Shown: positions 47,494 to 55,013, counted from the stretch's first letter. The stretch: 64,000 bases of DNA from an uncultured Planctomycetaceae bacterium (GCA_964557575.1 CAZLBC010000001.1:2296-66295), one strand, 5' to 3'. Translations and numbers: made by a program. The notes: generated by a model not told the origin, from the sequence alone.

Positions 47494-47582
47494 TGGCGGA
47501 GAGCGGAGGACACGATCCTCACACCGTATCGGTGCAAACGACTTTCGAGGCCGCTCCGGCGCGCCTGTCCGGTTCACTCTCC
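47494..47582 (-). tRNA. tRNA-Ser (anticodon CGA), class II
   Basis: Acceptor GGAGAGU/GCUCUCC. Loop CUCGAAA; long variable arm CACCG-AUA-CGGUG. Same unusual T-arm. Confidence 0.6.
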
Positions 47583-47729
47583 GCTGTTTCGCCGATCGAT
47601 CTCTTCGTTTACAACCCGCAAACGTTCCGCGTACTTCGGCCCCCACTGCTCGTACATCTTGCGATGAATCTTCAGCTTCGTCACGCAGAAGCTCTTGATC
47701 CTGCGCGCGTAATGTTCCAAGTCTTCCAT
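47574..47729 (-). CDS. small hypothetical protein
   Basis: GAGGA RBS; coupled to the upstream gene. The last codons and TGA lie within the 5' end of tRNA-Ser(CGA). Confidence 0.35.
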   Translation of the reverse strand: MEDLEHYARRIKSFCVTKLKIHRKMYEQWGPKYAERLRVVNEEIDRRNSGE

Positions 47730-47730
47730 G

Positions 47731-47985
47731 TCAATCCTCGACGACGTACTTGTCCGACGCGACCGTGACATAGTCGTAGTTCGTCGACAAATCCGATCCG
47801 AAATGAAGCTCGTCCATGGTGAACGGGCCGCCTTCCGCGTGCCTGCGCTTCACGCGCTTGACTCTTTCAACGTGGTCGACTTCCACGACGGAATCCTTGG
47901 CGAACTTCTCGTCGGTTGCCGTGTGCATAAAACACCCGCCAAAGCGTCTTTCGAGTTGCAAGTCTTCGACGAATCTAACCAGCAT
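47731..47985 (-). CDS. hypothetical protein
   Basis: Trimmed to the Met just downstream of tRNA-Ser(GGA). AGGGGAATAGGA upstream. Confidence 0.45.
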   Translation of the reverse strand: MLVRFVEDLQLERRFGGCFMHTATDEKFAKDSVVEVDHVERVKRVKRRHAEGGPFTMDELHFGSDLSTNYDYVTVASDKYVVED

Positions 47986-48003
47986 TCCTATTCCCCTGTA
48001 AAA

Positions 48004-48095
48004 TGGCGGAGAGCGGAGGACACGATCCTCAGGCGGTTTCTTCCGACCCGTCCGGATTCCAACCGGAGCCAGCGCGCCTGTCTGGTTCACTCCCC
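48004..48095 (-). tRNA. tRNA-Ser (anticodon GGA), class II
   Basis: Stem UCCGG/CCGGA with loop UUGGAAU. Shares its T-arm and acceptor 3' end with the other two Ser genes. Confidence 0.55.
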
Positions 48096-48226
48096 GGGAG
48101 TGCGAAATCGAGTTTGATCTTTTCAATCGGTCGCGCCGGAACGACGGTGACCTTGGTCACCTCGGTGATGTTCCCGAATCGGTCTCCGTAGAGAACAACA
48201 TCGGTTGCCACACTGTGAATGTTCAT
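48029..48226 (-). CDS. small hypothetical protein
   Basis: ATGA coupled to the upstream gene. The ORF runs 22 codons into tRNA-Ser(GGA); its true end is uncertain. Confidence 0.3.
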   Translation of the reverse strand: MNIHSVATDVVLYGDRFGNITEVTKVTVVPARPIEKIKLDFALPGSEPDRRAGSGWNPDGSEETA

Positions 48227-48504
48227 GTCGCGTCCGCCGCCTTCCCGTCCTCGACGTTCTGAAGAACATGCAACGCCGCGTCTTCCCAGTATGAGTCCCA
48301 AAACGGACAATGACTGTCGATGTCGGTTCGAACGCGGTGCAACGACGATTCCGGGTTCTTGCAGAAAAACTCGGCGGTCGCCGGAAGGTTTTCACGACCT
48401 TCGCTTCCGCGATACCAATGCCTGCACGTCCGGCATTTTTCCATCCAATCGGCGTGGACGCGGACCGCGAAACCCCACGGGTCTTCCTTCACGTGATACG
48501 CCAT
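48223..48504 (-). CDS. Cys/His-rich protein
   Basis: CRTCRH...HCPFW. Confidence 0.5.
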   Translation of the reverse strand: MAYHVKEDPWGFAVRVHADWMEKCRTCRHWYRGSEGRENLPATAEFFCKNPESSLHRVRTDIDSHCPFWDSYWEDAALHVLQNVEDGKAADAT

Positions 48505-48543
48505 TTCGCCCGACCTTTCATTTCAACCTGCTCCCGTAAAATG

Positions 48544-48633
48544 GCGGAAGGAGGGGGAGTCGAACCCCCAAGGCTTTTACGCTCGACCGGGTTCAGGCCG
48601 GTTGCCGTCTCCTGTTTCGGATTGCCCTTCCGC
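48544..48633 (-). tRNA. tRNA-Ser (anticodon UGA), class II
   Basis: T-arm GGGGGUUCGACUCCCCC. Acceptor GGAAGGG/UCCUUCC-G-CCA. Loop CCUGAAC (C33 is unusual). Confidence 0.5.
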
Positions 48634-48915
48634 GTCCCACGATATTCTACTTTTGAAAATTTCTGAAAGAGCCGGGTCAACACCCTTGAACTTTTCGTAC
48701 AGTTCTCGGTACGTCATCGAATACGCGCCTTCCGGGACTTCCTCCACCCATATAGGCGTGAACGGCGGTTCGAACGTTTTGCCAAAATGTTCTATCGTTA
48801 CCGGACCTTTTTCCCGGAGTACCCCGGTTACAGGTTCCAGCGCAGCGCGCGGTCCCAAGTATTTACGAAAAACCGGTTGAAGCGCGCCAAACGATTCCCT
48901 GTTACCGCCGCTCAT
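48577..48915 (-). CDS. hypothetical protein
   Basis: GGAAGGA RBS at Met29. The 3' end overlaps tRNA-Ser(UGA). Confidence 0.4.
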   Translation of the reverse strand: MSGGNRESFGALQPVFRKYLGPRAALEPVTGVLREKGPVTIEHFGKTFEPPFTPIWVEEVPEGAYSMTYRELYEKFKGVDPALSEIFKSRISWDAEGQSETGDGNRPEPGRA

Positions 48916-49058
48916 CGGCTTGTCCTTCCGCGACACGATCGGGCTTTCGACCCTTCGTTGCTTCAACGATCCGGTTGCTCGCGTCAATGATCGCGGCAAC
49001 CAGATCGTCCTTTTCCTTTTGCGTAGAACGCTTTTCTTGCTCGTTCATACCGATCCAC

Positions 49059-49634
49059 CTATGTCTTGACGAACGGCTGCCACGCGGGACGGGTCGCCGC
49101 CAGTTCAGCCAGTCGACGGTACGCCATCCACGAAGGCTTCTTCGGATCGACCCGAAGCCGCATTCCGGCTTGCTTCGGAGTCCGGTCAGCCTTGGTTTCG
49201 TTGCACTTCCGGCAGGACGCCACGCAGTTTTCCCACGTGGTCCTGCCTCGCTGGGACCGGGGAACGACGTGATCGATCGTCAACTCCTTCTTTTCGAACT
49301 GCTCGCCGCAGTAGGCGCAGCAGTTGTGCTCCCGCTTGAAGACCGCCGACTTGGAGTAGTTCACGGTGCGCTGCGGAACCTTGTCGTACTCCGCGAGAAC
49401 GATCACTTCCGGACATTCGAACTTGAAATCGCGCGCGCCGGGAACAAACGGCCGATCGGGCCGCACGCCGCGCTCGGCCCAGTCGTCCCACGTGTACGTT
49501 ATGAACGTCTCGTGGTCGACGACCGTCGCGCCGCCGGTGTATAGGTGGCCGATCGCGTCAGCGACCGTCGACACCGCGATCGGCATCCAGTTCCGGTTCA
49601 GAACCAGAACCGACATCTGAAGCACGTCCTGCAT
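49059..49634 (-). CDS. HNH homing endonuclease (free-standing)
   Basis: AAGGAGGG RBS. CAYCGEQF...LTIDHVVPRSQRG...WENCVASCRKCNETK HNH core. Confidence 0.7.
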   Translation of the reverse strand: MQDVLQMSVLVLNRNWMPIAVSTVADAIGHLYTGGATVVDHETFITYTWDDWAERGVRPDRPFVPGARDFKFECPEVIVLAEYDKVPQRTVNYSKSAVFKREHNCCAYCGEQFEKKELTIDHVVPRSQRGRTTWENCVASCRKCNETKADRTPKQAGMRLRVDPKKPSWMAYRRLAELAATRPAWQPFVKT

Positions 49635-49935
49635 CGCTGACGCCCTCCTTTGAAACAGGGACCCTTGAAAATTTTTCCCGAAGGAAATCGATATCACACC
49701 AGATGATTTTCCCTTCGAGCGTCAACAGGACGCCCGGATGATTCGGCGTTCGAACTGGGAGTCGAATGTGAACGGGGAAATCGCCGCCGGGCGGGACAGC
49801 CCGGACCTTGGCTTTCTTTCCATCCGCTCGATTGTACCAGACCCCCTCCCATTCGCTTCGGTGGTCCCGGGACGCCTTCTTTGGATTTCGCCGCTTCTGC
49901 GGACGCTTCTTGCGATTCTTTTTTTGTTTCGGCAT
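49558..49935 (-). CDS. hypothetical protein with polybasic N-terminus
   Basis: GAGGG RBS. The 3' end overlaps the HNH gene by about 77 nt. Confidence 0.4.
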   Translation of the reverse strand: MPKQKKNRKKRPQKRRNPKKASRDHRSEWEGVWYNRADGKKAKVRAVPPGGDFPVHIRLPVRTPNHPGVLLTLEGKIIWCDIDFLREKFSRVPVSKEGVSDAGRASDVGSGSEPELDADRGVDGR

Positions 49936-49956
49936 TCCGCCCTCGATCGTTAAAAA

Positions 49957-50030
49957 TGCCCCCGGTGAGGGTCGAACTCACACTGCCCGAGGCTTAAACT
50001 CGGTCCCTCTGCCAATTGGGGTACGGGGGC
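49957..50030 (-). tRNA. tRNA with Leu anticodon UAA, class I architecture
   Basis: Acceptor GCCCCCG/CGGGGGC, A73. D-arm CCCC-AAUUGGCAGA-GGGA. Anticodon stem CCGAG/CUCGG with loop UUUAAGC. 5-nt variable loop. Confidence 0.5.
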
Positions 50031-50036
50031 GTCGGT

Positions 50037-50324
50037 TTAGTCGTTGAAATCGAACCGCTCCCGGCGTTCCTCGTCTTCAATCCGCACCGACTCGGCTTCC
50101 GCCTGAACCGCCGGGTTTTCCATGTATGTCCGAAGCGCGCGGTAAACCGGAAAACGCTGCCCGTCGTACACCGACGGCGGATCATCTTCCATTTCGCCGA
50201 CGAGCCAGTCCAGATATAAAATGTCTTCGTCGGCGATGTCGCCGATCGTGGAACCCTTGTACTTGCCGAACGGAACGACGGTGTCTTCGGCTTGGCTGAA
50301 CGGCATTTCGTTTTGATCGGTCAT
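50037..50324 (-). CDS. DUF3820-like protein (PFGKYKG motif)
   Basis: GGGAGG RBS. VPFGKYKGSTIGDI...LDWL. Confidence 0.5.
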   Translation of the reverse strand: MTDQNEMPFSQAEDTVVPFGKYKGSTIGDIADEDILYLDWLVGEMEDDPPSVYDGQRFPVYRALRTYMENPAVQAEAESVRIEDEERRERFDFND

Positions 50325-50407
50325 CTAAAGCACCTCCCTCAACCGTAATATCGGATCAAAGGCGCGAAACGTTAAGTGCTTTTTCAAATTACAGGGGAAA
50401 TTTATAG

Positions 50408-50481
50408 TCCTCCGGGCGGGATTCGAACCTGCAACCGTCCCGTTATGAGCGGGGAACTCTAACCGTTGAGTTTACCGGAGG
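50408..50481 (-). tRNA. tRNA-Met (anticodon CAU; elongator or Ile-lysidine type)
   Basis: Acceptor CCUCCGG/CCGGAGG, A73. Loop CUCAUAA. Confidence 0.6.
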
Positions 50482-50484
50482 AGA

Positions 50485-50520
50485 TGGCGCGCCCGCGAGG
50501 ACTCGAACCCCGAATCTTCC
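50485..50520 (-). other. tRNA 3'-half-like fragment (T-arm + acceptor 3' strand + CCA)
   Basis: CGGGG-UUCGAGU-CCUCG-CGGGCGC-G-CCA with no 5' acceptor partner. Followed upstream by a 16-bp hairpin. Confidence 0.4.
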
Positions 50521-50554
50521 TGCGCCTTTCGTCTTTTCGACCAGTACCTCCTGC

Positions 50555-50591
50555 TTCTAAACAGTAGAAGCAGAGGGTACGAATGCCAAGA
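50555..50591. repeat. 16-bp near-perfect hairpin
   Basis: GTACCTCCTGCTTCTA-AACAG-TAGAAGCAGAGGGTAC between tRNA-like elements. Confidence 0.5.
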
Positions 50592-50597
50592 TAAAAG

Positions 50598-50678
50598 CAG
50601 CGGCGACGGGAGTCGAACCCGCATGTGTCCAGTTACCCTTTCTCCAGTTTAGAAGACTGAGGGGATACACCGCTGATC
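50598..50678 (-). tRNA. tRNA-like gene, anticodon undetermined
   Basis: Good acceptor (AGCGGUG/CGCCGCU) and T-arm (GCGGG-UUCGACU-CCCGU), but the central cloverleaf could not be resolved by eye. Confidence 0.35.
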
Positions 50679-50865
50679 CGTTGTGCTATGAGCGCGTTTA
50701 GTTTTGGCCTGCCGTCGGGTTACGATCCCGACTCCCCAGTCTCGCCTCCAGCTTCAGGATGGCCATCCGTCTGCTATCGGCCCACGTGGAAGGGGCGCGG
50801 TCCAACGATCATCGACAGGTTTTGAAAAACGCGAGTTTTCCGTGCCCGGAAAACGGGAAATTCAA

Positions 50866-50943
50866 TGGTGCCCCCGGTCGGATTCGAACCGACACCTTGA
50901 CCGCTTTTGAAGCGGCTCCCTCTGCCAATTGGGGTACGGGGGC
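50866..50943 (-). tRNA. tRNA with Leu anticodon CAA, class I architecture
   Basis: Same 5' half as 49957..50030. Loop UUCAAAA. A73 and CCA encoded. Confidence 0.5.
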
Positions 50944-51101
50944 GACCTCGGACGCCTTGCGCTCCCTCTTCGACGAAGGACACCTTGGCAGGTCTGCGCC
51001 TTGCCGGTGCCGGGATCGCCGGGGTATTTAGGCCACCGGCCCGTCAGAGTCCCCGACGCAACCCGCGTCGCGAAGTACGAGCCTGTCGTACAGGACCCTG
51101 A

Positions 51102-51126
51102 CGGGCCGAACGGGATTCGAACCCGC
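51102..51126 (-). other. tRNA 3'-half-like fragment
   Basis: GCGGG-UUCGAAU-CCCGU-UCGGCCC-G with no 5' partner. The next tRNA starts 27 nt away. Confidence 0.35.
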
Positions 51127-51152
51127 ATCTTCCGAGCTTCTCTAAAATCAAA

Positions 51153-51227
51153 TGGGACGGGTGGGATTCGAACCCACGGTTTCCTGATTAAAAGTCAGGT
51201 GCATTAGGCCAACTATGCTACCGACCC
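51153..51227 (-). tRNA. tRNA-Lys (anticodon UUU)
   Basis: Stem CCUGA/UCAGG with loop CUUUUAA. D-stem GCAU/AUGC. Confidence 0.6.
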
Positions 51228-51426
51228 GTGTACTTTTTCCACCGAACAACCTCCGTCCACTTGTTTTTCGCCGATGGAGGCTCGACTTCCATAATCTGTT
51301 TCGCACTGCATTCCACACAGTATCGAAATTCAGCCCATCGCTGCCATTTATGAAATCCAATCGAGCAACGAAGAGGACGTTTCAAAAATCCCAGCATCGC
51401 CAAACGCCTCGAAAAAACAGTAAGAG

Positions 51427-51499
51427 CTGCTCCGGCAGGGTTCGAACCTGCAATCTTCTGATTCAGAGTCAGACGCGTTTCCATTTACGCCACGGAGCA
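51427..51499 (-). tRNA. tRNA-Gln (anticodon CUG)
   Basis: U1:A72 as in tRNA-Gln. Stem UCUGA/UCAGA with loop CUCUGAA. Confidence 0.65.
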
Positions 51500-51501
51500 G
51501 A

Positions 51502-51577
51502 TGGTCCTGCCGGAAGGAATCGAACCTTCTAATACCACCTTATCAGAGTGGCCTCTGTACCATTCGAGTTCGACAGG
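51502..51577 (-). tRNA. tRNA-Ile (anticodon GAU)
   Basis: Loop CUGAUAA. CCA encoded. Confidence 0.6.
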
Positions 51578-51582
51578 AAAAA

Positions 51583-51656
51583 TACGTCCGGCGGGATTCG
51601 AACCCGCGACCTTCGGTTTAGGAAACCGATGCTCTATCCGATTGAGCCACGGACGC
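51583..51656 (-). tRNA. tRNA-Arg (anticodon CCU)
   Basis: D-arm GCUC-AAUCGGAUA-GAGC. Loop UUCCUAA. Confidence 0.65.
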
Positions 51657-51657
51657 G

Positions 51658-51891
51658 TCACGATCCGCCGTAGACGGGATTGTACGGCGACGTCGCAGAA
51701 GCATTCATTTCATACACGCTCACGCCGGTCGCGTCCGTCACGACGGTCTCTTCGGTGACGATGGACACGTCGGCGTAATACTGCGAAAGCAGAGAAGTCA
51801 TCTCGGCGGCGACGCCGGTCAAGACGACTTTCTTCTCGGCTCCGGGAAGCGTTGAATCCGGGATGGTAACGACGATTTTGAATCCGGCCAT
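51658..51891 (-). CDS. hypothetical protein
   Basis: GGAGGAG RBS. Abuts tRNA-Arg(CCU). Confidence 0.5.
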   Translation of the reverse strand: MAGFKIVVTIPDSTLPGAEKKVVLTGVAAEMTSLLSQYYADVSIVTEETVVTDATGVSVYEMNASATSPYNPVYGGS

Positions 51892-51924
51892 GACGGTCTC
51901 CTCCGTTGTTTCAACCGAGGCGGA

Positions 51925-52749
51925 TTATAACACGAGCCGGAAACCGTCGCCAACAGACAGGGTGGACACGTACGACATGGCCTTCTCGCGCGCTTCCAAC
52001 AGGCGGACGAACTCTTTTTGAGAGCCGCCCTTGTCGGGGTGCGCGACCTTGGCTTTCTCGCGGAAGTTGCGCATGACGACGCGCTTCGCCGCTTCCATGT
52101 CGTCCGGGAGTTCCACGCGGCTGACGTCGAGGACGTCCCACCACCATTCCGACGGAGGCTTGACAGGTTCCGGTTCCCTCGCGGGATCAGGTTCCGACCG
52201 AGCCGATCCGAGTTTCGGAATGAAGTGGATTACGCTCAACGACTTGTCGGAGTCCGGGTAGCCGAACATGGTCAACGTCGTCTTGAACGTCAACCCGTGG
52301 TGCGCCGCGACGACAAGCGGTTCAATCGCCTGTTCGCGGACTCCGGGATTCGTCCGAAGCTGGACGTACTCCCTGACCTCGGCGAGCGTCGGCTTGTCCG
52401 CCTTCGACTTCAAAAAGACGTCCGCCGCGTGGTAAATCTCCCACGGGGTGGACAGCCAGCTTCCGACTGTTTCCTCCCCGTCACCATCCGGTCTTTGCGG
52501 GAACTCGCCCTGCGGAAAATGCACGTACTCGGCGGTGTACCAAGGTTCGCGTTCGTACACGCCCATTCGGCTCAATTTCATCTCCGGCTTCACGTTATAC
52601 GCGACGACGGGCATCCCCGTGGCGGTGCGTCCCTTAAACACGGTTCGAGTTCCCATGAAGTCCGTCTTCTCGTACGTGTAAACGTAGACGGGGCGCGGTC
52701 TAGGCGGTTCTCGCGTGTAGTCGGTGAACAGGATAAGAAGCTCGTTCAT
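51925..52749 (-). CDS. J-domain (DnaJ-like) protein
   Basis: C-terminal ...KVAHPDKGGSQKEFVRLLEAREKA with an HPD motif. A promoter-like motif lies upstream. Confidence 0.55.
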   Translation of the reverse strand: MNELLILFTDYTREPPRPRPVYVYTYEKTDFMGTRTVFKGRTATGMPVVAYNVKPEMKLSRMGVYEREPWYTAEYVHFPQGEFPQRPDGDGEETVGSWLSTPWEIYHAADVFLKSKADKPTLAEVREYVQLRTNPGVREQAIEPLVVAAHHGLTFKTTLTMFGYPDSDKSLSVIHFIPKLGSARSEPDPAREPEPVKPPSEWWWDVLDVSRVELPDDMEAAKRVVMRNFREKAKVAHPDKGGSQKEFVRLLEAREKAMSYVSTLSVGDGFRLVL

Positions 52750-52765
52750 GGATCAAGAAATAACT

Positions 52766-52785
52766 CGGGAAGTTTCGTGCGTCAA
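52766..52785. promoter_or_regulatory. single promoter-like unit upstream of J-domain gene
   Basis: AACTCGGGAAGTTTCGTGC. Confidence 0.3.
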
Positions 52786-52797
52786 ATGAAAAATAGA

Positions 52798-52872
52798 TGG
52801 TACTCCCGGCAGGAGTCGAACCTGCATCTCGACATTCGGAGTGTCGCGCCTTGTCCGTTGGGCCACGGGAGT
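52798..52872 (-). tRNA. tRNA-Arg (anticodon CCG)
   Basis: Stem CGACA/UGUCG with loop CUCCGAA. CCA encoded. Confidence 0.6.
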
Positions 52873-52877
52873 AAAAA

Positions 52878-52954
52878 TGGCATCCGGCGAGGGACTCGAA
52901 CCCCCAATCGCGACATTCGTAGTGTCGTGCCTTATCCAGTTAGGCCAGCCGGAT
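52878..52954 (-). tRNA. tRNA-Arg (anticodon ACG)
   Basis: D-arm GCCU-AACUGGAUA-AGGC. Loop CUACGAA. Confidence 0.6.
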
Positions 52955-52995
52955 GCATTCGCGGAACGTTATCGGTTGTCAAAGAGCATTCAAAA

Positions 52996-53068
52996 TTACC
53001 CCGGCAGGGTTCGAACCTGCAACCTTCTGATTCAAAGTCAGAAACGCTTCCAGTTGCGCCACGGGGTA
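52996..53068 (-). tRNA. tRNA-Gln (anticodon UUG)
   Basis: U1:A72. Stem UCUGA/UCAGA with loop CUUUGAA. Confidence 0.65.
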
Positions 53069-53076
53069 CCGAATAT

Positions 53077-53152
53077 TGGAGGCCCCAGCCGGAGTCGAAC
53101 CGAGCGATAAACGATTTTGCAAACCGTCCCCTTGCCGCTTGGGTATGGAGCC
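53077..53152 (-). tRNA. tRNA-Cys (anticodon GCA)
   Basis: Loop UUGCAAA. U73 discriminator and CCA. Confidence 0.6.
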
Positions 53153-53158
53153 ATGGAG

Positions 53159-53232
53159 GGTGACCGACGAGGTTCGAACTCGTACTCTTCTGACTCACAA
53201 TCAGGTATGTTGCCAATTACACTACGGTCACC
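53159..53232 (-). tRNA. tRNA-His (anticodon GUG)
   Basis: Extra G-1 pairing with C73. Loop UUGUGAG. Confidence 0.65.
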
Positions 53233-53243
53233 GTCGAATGCTA

Positions 53244-53333
53244 TGGTGCGGGATGAAGGAATTGAACCTTGTCGGCAGCCACCACGATGTTTTGCGCCAG
53301 AGACTTTACAGGCCCCCTCGTGGAACATCCCGC
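53244..53333 (-). tRNA. tRNA-Tyr-like (anticodon GUA), atypical 90-nt structure
   Basis: Perfect acceptor GCGGGAU/AUCCCGC-A-CCA and a T-loop UUCAAUU. Loop CUGUAAA in a GGGGC/GUCUC stem, but no room for a normal D-arm. CCACGA/UCGUGG pairing encloses the anticodon arm. Confidence 0.35.
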
Positions 53334-53349
53334 ACTTGGTTTTCAAAGA

Positions 53350-54291
53350 TCAAGCCTGCGACAGTTTCAGCCAGATCGCGACCATGATTTCGTCGACGAC
53401 TTCGTCAACGGTGCGATCCTTGGTTTCAACAACGCAGTCGGCTTCCGCCGGTTCTTCGTACGGATCGTCGATCCCGGTGAATCCCTTGATCTCACCGGCG
53501 CGGGCTTTCGCGTACAAGCCCTTGACGTCCCGCGCTTCGCACTCTTCGAGACTGGTGGCGACGTGGACCATGAAGAACCGCTTGTCGCCGATCAGGTCTC
53601 TCGCGGACTGCCGGGCTTCCGCATACGGCGAGATCGCCGCCGTGATCGCGATTCCTCCGACGTCGGCGACCGACTTCGCCACGAAGGAAAGCCTTCGAAT
53701 GTTTTCGTCCCGGTCCTCTTTCGAGAATCCGAGTCCCCGGTTCAAGTTCGTCCGGACCTCGTCGCCGTCCAGAACCTTCACCCGGTGTCCGAGTTCGTTC
53801 AACCGGCTTTCAAGAGCCACAGCGATAGTGCTCTTGCCAGAACCTGACAGCCCGGTAAACCAGATGACAAGGCCATTGCCTGCGTCACCACCGGTTGCGA
53901 GGACTTCCGCCGTCGCCATTGGAACCTTTTCCCGCCACGACTCGTCGCCTTCCGCCATGAGCGTTCGGACTTGGGTCGCCGAGATTCCGCCGATCTCCGG
54001 CGGCACGACGTCCTGTAAGTCACGAACTTCATAGCCGACCTTTCGTCCGACGACCACCGCCGCGATGTCCGGGATGGCCATGACGCGAACACAACCGGTT
54101 TTGATTTCGTCGGAGTACACGGCGCGGATCATCGCGATCCGCTCTCCCAGCGTGTACGGGTCTCCGTCGTTGACCGGCGTGTCCCGCACGGCGATCAAGA
54201 CGTTCTCGTCGCGATCCAGAGCTTGCTGGATCAGCCATTTGTGGCCATTGTGGAACGGCTGCCACCGGCCGATGTAAAGCGCGTACTTCAT
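53350..54291 (-). CDS. cysC: bifunctional HxGH-nucleotidyltransferase-like / adenylylsulfate (APS) kinase
   Basis: N-terminal [12 protein letters not shown] ((H/T)xGH nucleotidyltransferase). C-terminal [13 protein letters not shown]...LDGDEVR...AISPY matches the APS kinase core. GAAGGGAG RBS. Confidence 0.75.
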   Translation of the reverse strand: MKYALYIGRWQPFHNGHKWLIQQALDRDENVLIAVRDTPVNDGDPYTLGERIAMIRAVYSDEIKTGCVRVMAIPDIAAVVVGRKVGYEVRDLQDVVPPEIGGISATQVRTLMAEGDESWREKVPMATAEVLATGGDAGNGLVIWFTGLSGSGKSTIAVALESRLNELGHRVKVLDGDEVRTNLNRGLGFSKEDRDENIRRLSFVAKSVADVGGIAITAAISPYAEARQSARDLIGDKRFFMVHVATSLEECEARDVKGLYAKARAGEIKGFTGIDDPYEEPAEADCVVETKDRTVDEVVDEIMVAIWLKLSQA

Positions 54292-54356
54292 TCGTAAACT
54301 CCCTTCAAAAAAATTTGCGCTGAAGAGAGGATAGCAACGCCGCGCTTTTCATTCAA

Positions 54357-54433
54357 TGGTGCTCCGGGTGAGAGTCGAACTCACACTGTACAGTGTCTGA
54401 AACTGCTCCCTCTGCCAATTGGGGTACCGGAGC
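54357..54433 (-). tRNA. tRNA with Leu anticodon CAG, class I architecture
   Basis: Same D-arm and T-arm family as 49957..50030. Stem GCAGU/ACUGU with loop UUCAGAC. A73 and CCA. Confidence 0.5.
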
Positions 54434-54438
54434 GTAGA

Positions 54439-54512
54439 TGTCCACGGTGAGAGTCGAACTCACACTTTCATGATCCTTAGTCATGTCCCTCTGCCAATTG
54501 GGGTACGTGGAC
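54439..54512 (-). tRNA. tRNA with Leu anticodon AAG, class I architecture
   Basis: Stem CAUGA/UCAUG with loop CUAAGGA. A73. Confidence 0.5.
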
Positions 54513-54518
54513 GAATTT

Positions 54519-54594
54519 TGGCTCTCCGGGGTGGACTCGAACCACCAACCTACTGCTTAACAGGCAGTCGCTGCTACCATTGAGCTACCGGAGA
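54519..54594 (-). tRNA. tRNA-Asn (anticodon GUU)
   Basis: Stem ACUGC/GCAGU with loop CUGUUAA. CCA encoded. Confidence 0.6.
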
Positions 54595-54601
54595 ACGTAA
54601 A

Positions 54602-54674
54602 TGGACCGGAGGGGAATCGAACCCCTGACCTTCTACTTGCAAAACAGATGCTCTACCGATTGAGCTACCAGCCC
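54602..54674 (-). tRNA. tRNA-Ala (anticodon UGC)
   Basis: G3:U70 wobble pair. Loop UUUGCAA. Confidence 0.65.
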
Positions 54675-54766
54675 GTGAACGCCGTCGGAAAAGGTTGCCG
54701 GGCGTTATTTGATTGTGCATCATTCACATTGATGTGCGTTTACCAGTTACGCCAACCCGCCGTCAA

Positions 54767-54793
54767 GGTGGCGGGTGAAGGATTCGAACCTCC
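54767..54793 (-). other. tRNA 3'-half-like element in a hairpin
   Basis: GGAGG-UUCGAAU-CCUUC-ACCCGCC-A-CC. The acceptor-like strand pairs with a downstream GGCGGGU instead of a 5' tRNA half. Confidence 0.3.
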
Positions 54794-54838
54794 ATTACTG
54801 AAACGTCTGGACAGGTTCCGACGGCGAATATTGCGTCA

Positions 54839-54910
54839 ACGAGTGCCGGATTCGAACCCAAAACCAACCACCCTCGTACACGCGGGTTCGTCGCGCTAGG
54901 ACTCGTTGAC
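54839..54910 (-). pseudogene. degenerate tRNA-like sequence
   Basis: Perfect 7-bp acceptor AACGAGU/ACUCGUU and UUCGAAU loop, but a poor T-stem and no D-arm. Confidence 0.3.
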
Positions 54911-54936
54911 TTGATTTTCAAAGATCGAAAAATTTA

Positions 54937-55011
54937 TGGTGGCTCCCCGCCGAGTCGAACGGCGACTTCCGCGTTTTCAGCGCGGCGTACACTCCAGTAT
55001 ACGAGAGAGCC
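54937..55011 (-). tRNA. tRNA-Phe (anticodon GAA)
   Basis: Stem CCGCG/CGCGG with loop CUGAAAA. CCA encoded. Confidence 0.6.
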
Positions 55012-55013
55012 AA

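Noticed and set aside
47403-48030. Three copies of GGCGGAGAGCGGAGGACACGATCCTCA, spaced like a repeat array (CRISPR-like at first glance)
   Set aside because: Each copy is the T-arm and acceptor 3' end of a minus-strand tRNA-Ser gene. Spacers differ in length, and the units fold as class II tRNAs.
50485-50600. Canonical tRNA spanning the CGGGCGCGCCA 3' end
   Set aside because: No 5' partner for CGGGCGC within 110 nt. The region instead contains a 16-bp hairpin, so it is reported as a fragment.
50700-50866. Additional tRNA with an ATCGTAA T-loop (GTCGGGATCGTAACCCGAC)
   Set aside because: Has a T-arm-like hairpin resembling the Ser-gene T-arm, but no acceptor pairing could be found. Left unannotated.
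54757-54795. T-arm-like GGAGGTTCGAATCCTTC + ACCCGCCACC taken as a tRNA gene
   Set aside because: No complementary 5' acceptor strand at 70-90 nt. The acceptor-like strand pairs with an adjacent GGCGGGT to form a local hairpin, so it is kept only as a tRNA-like fragment.
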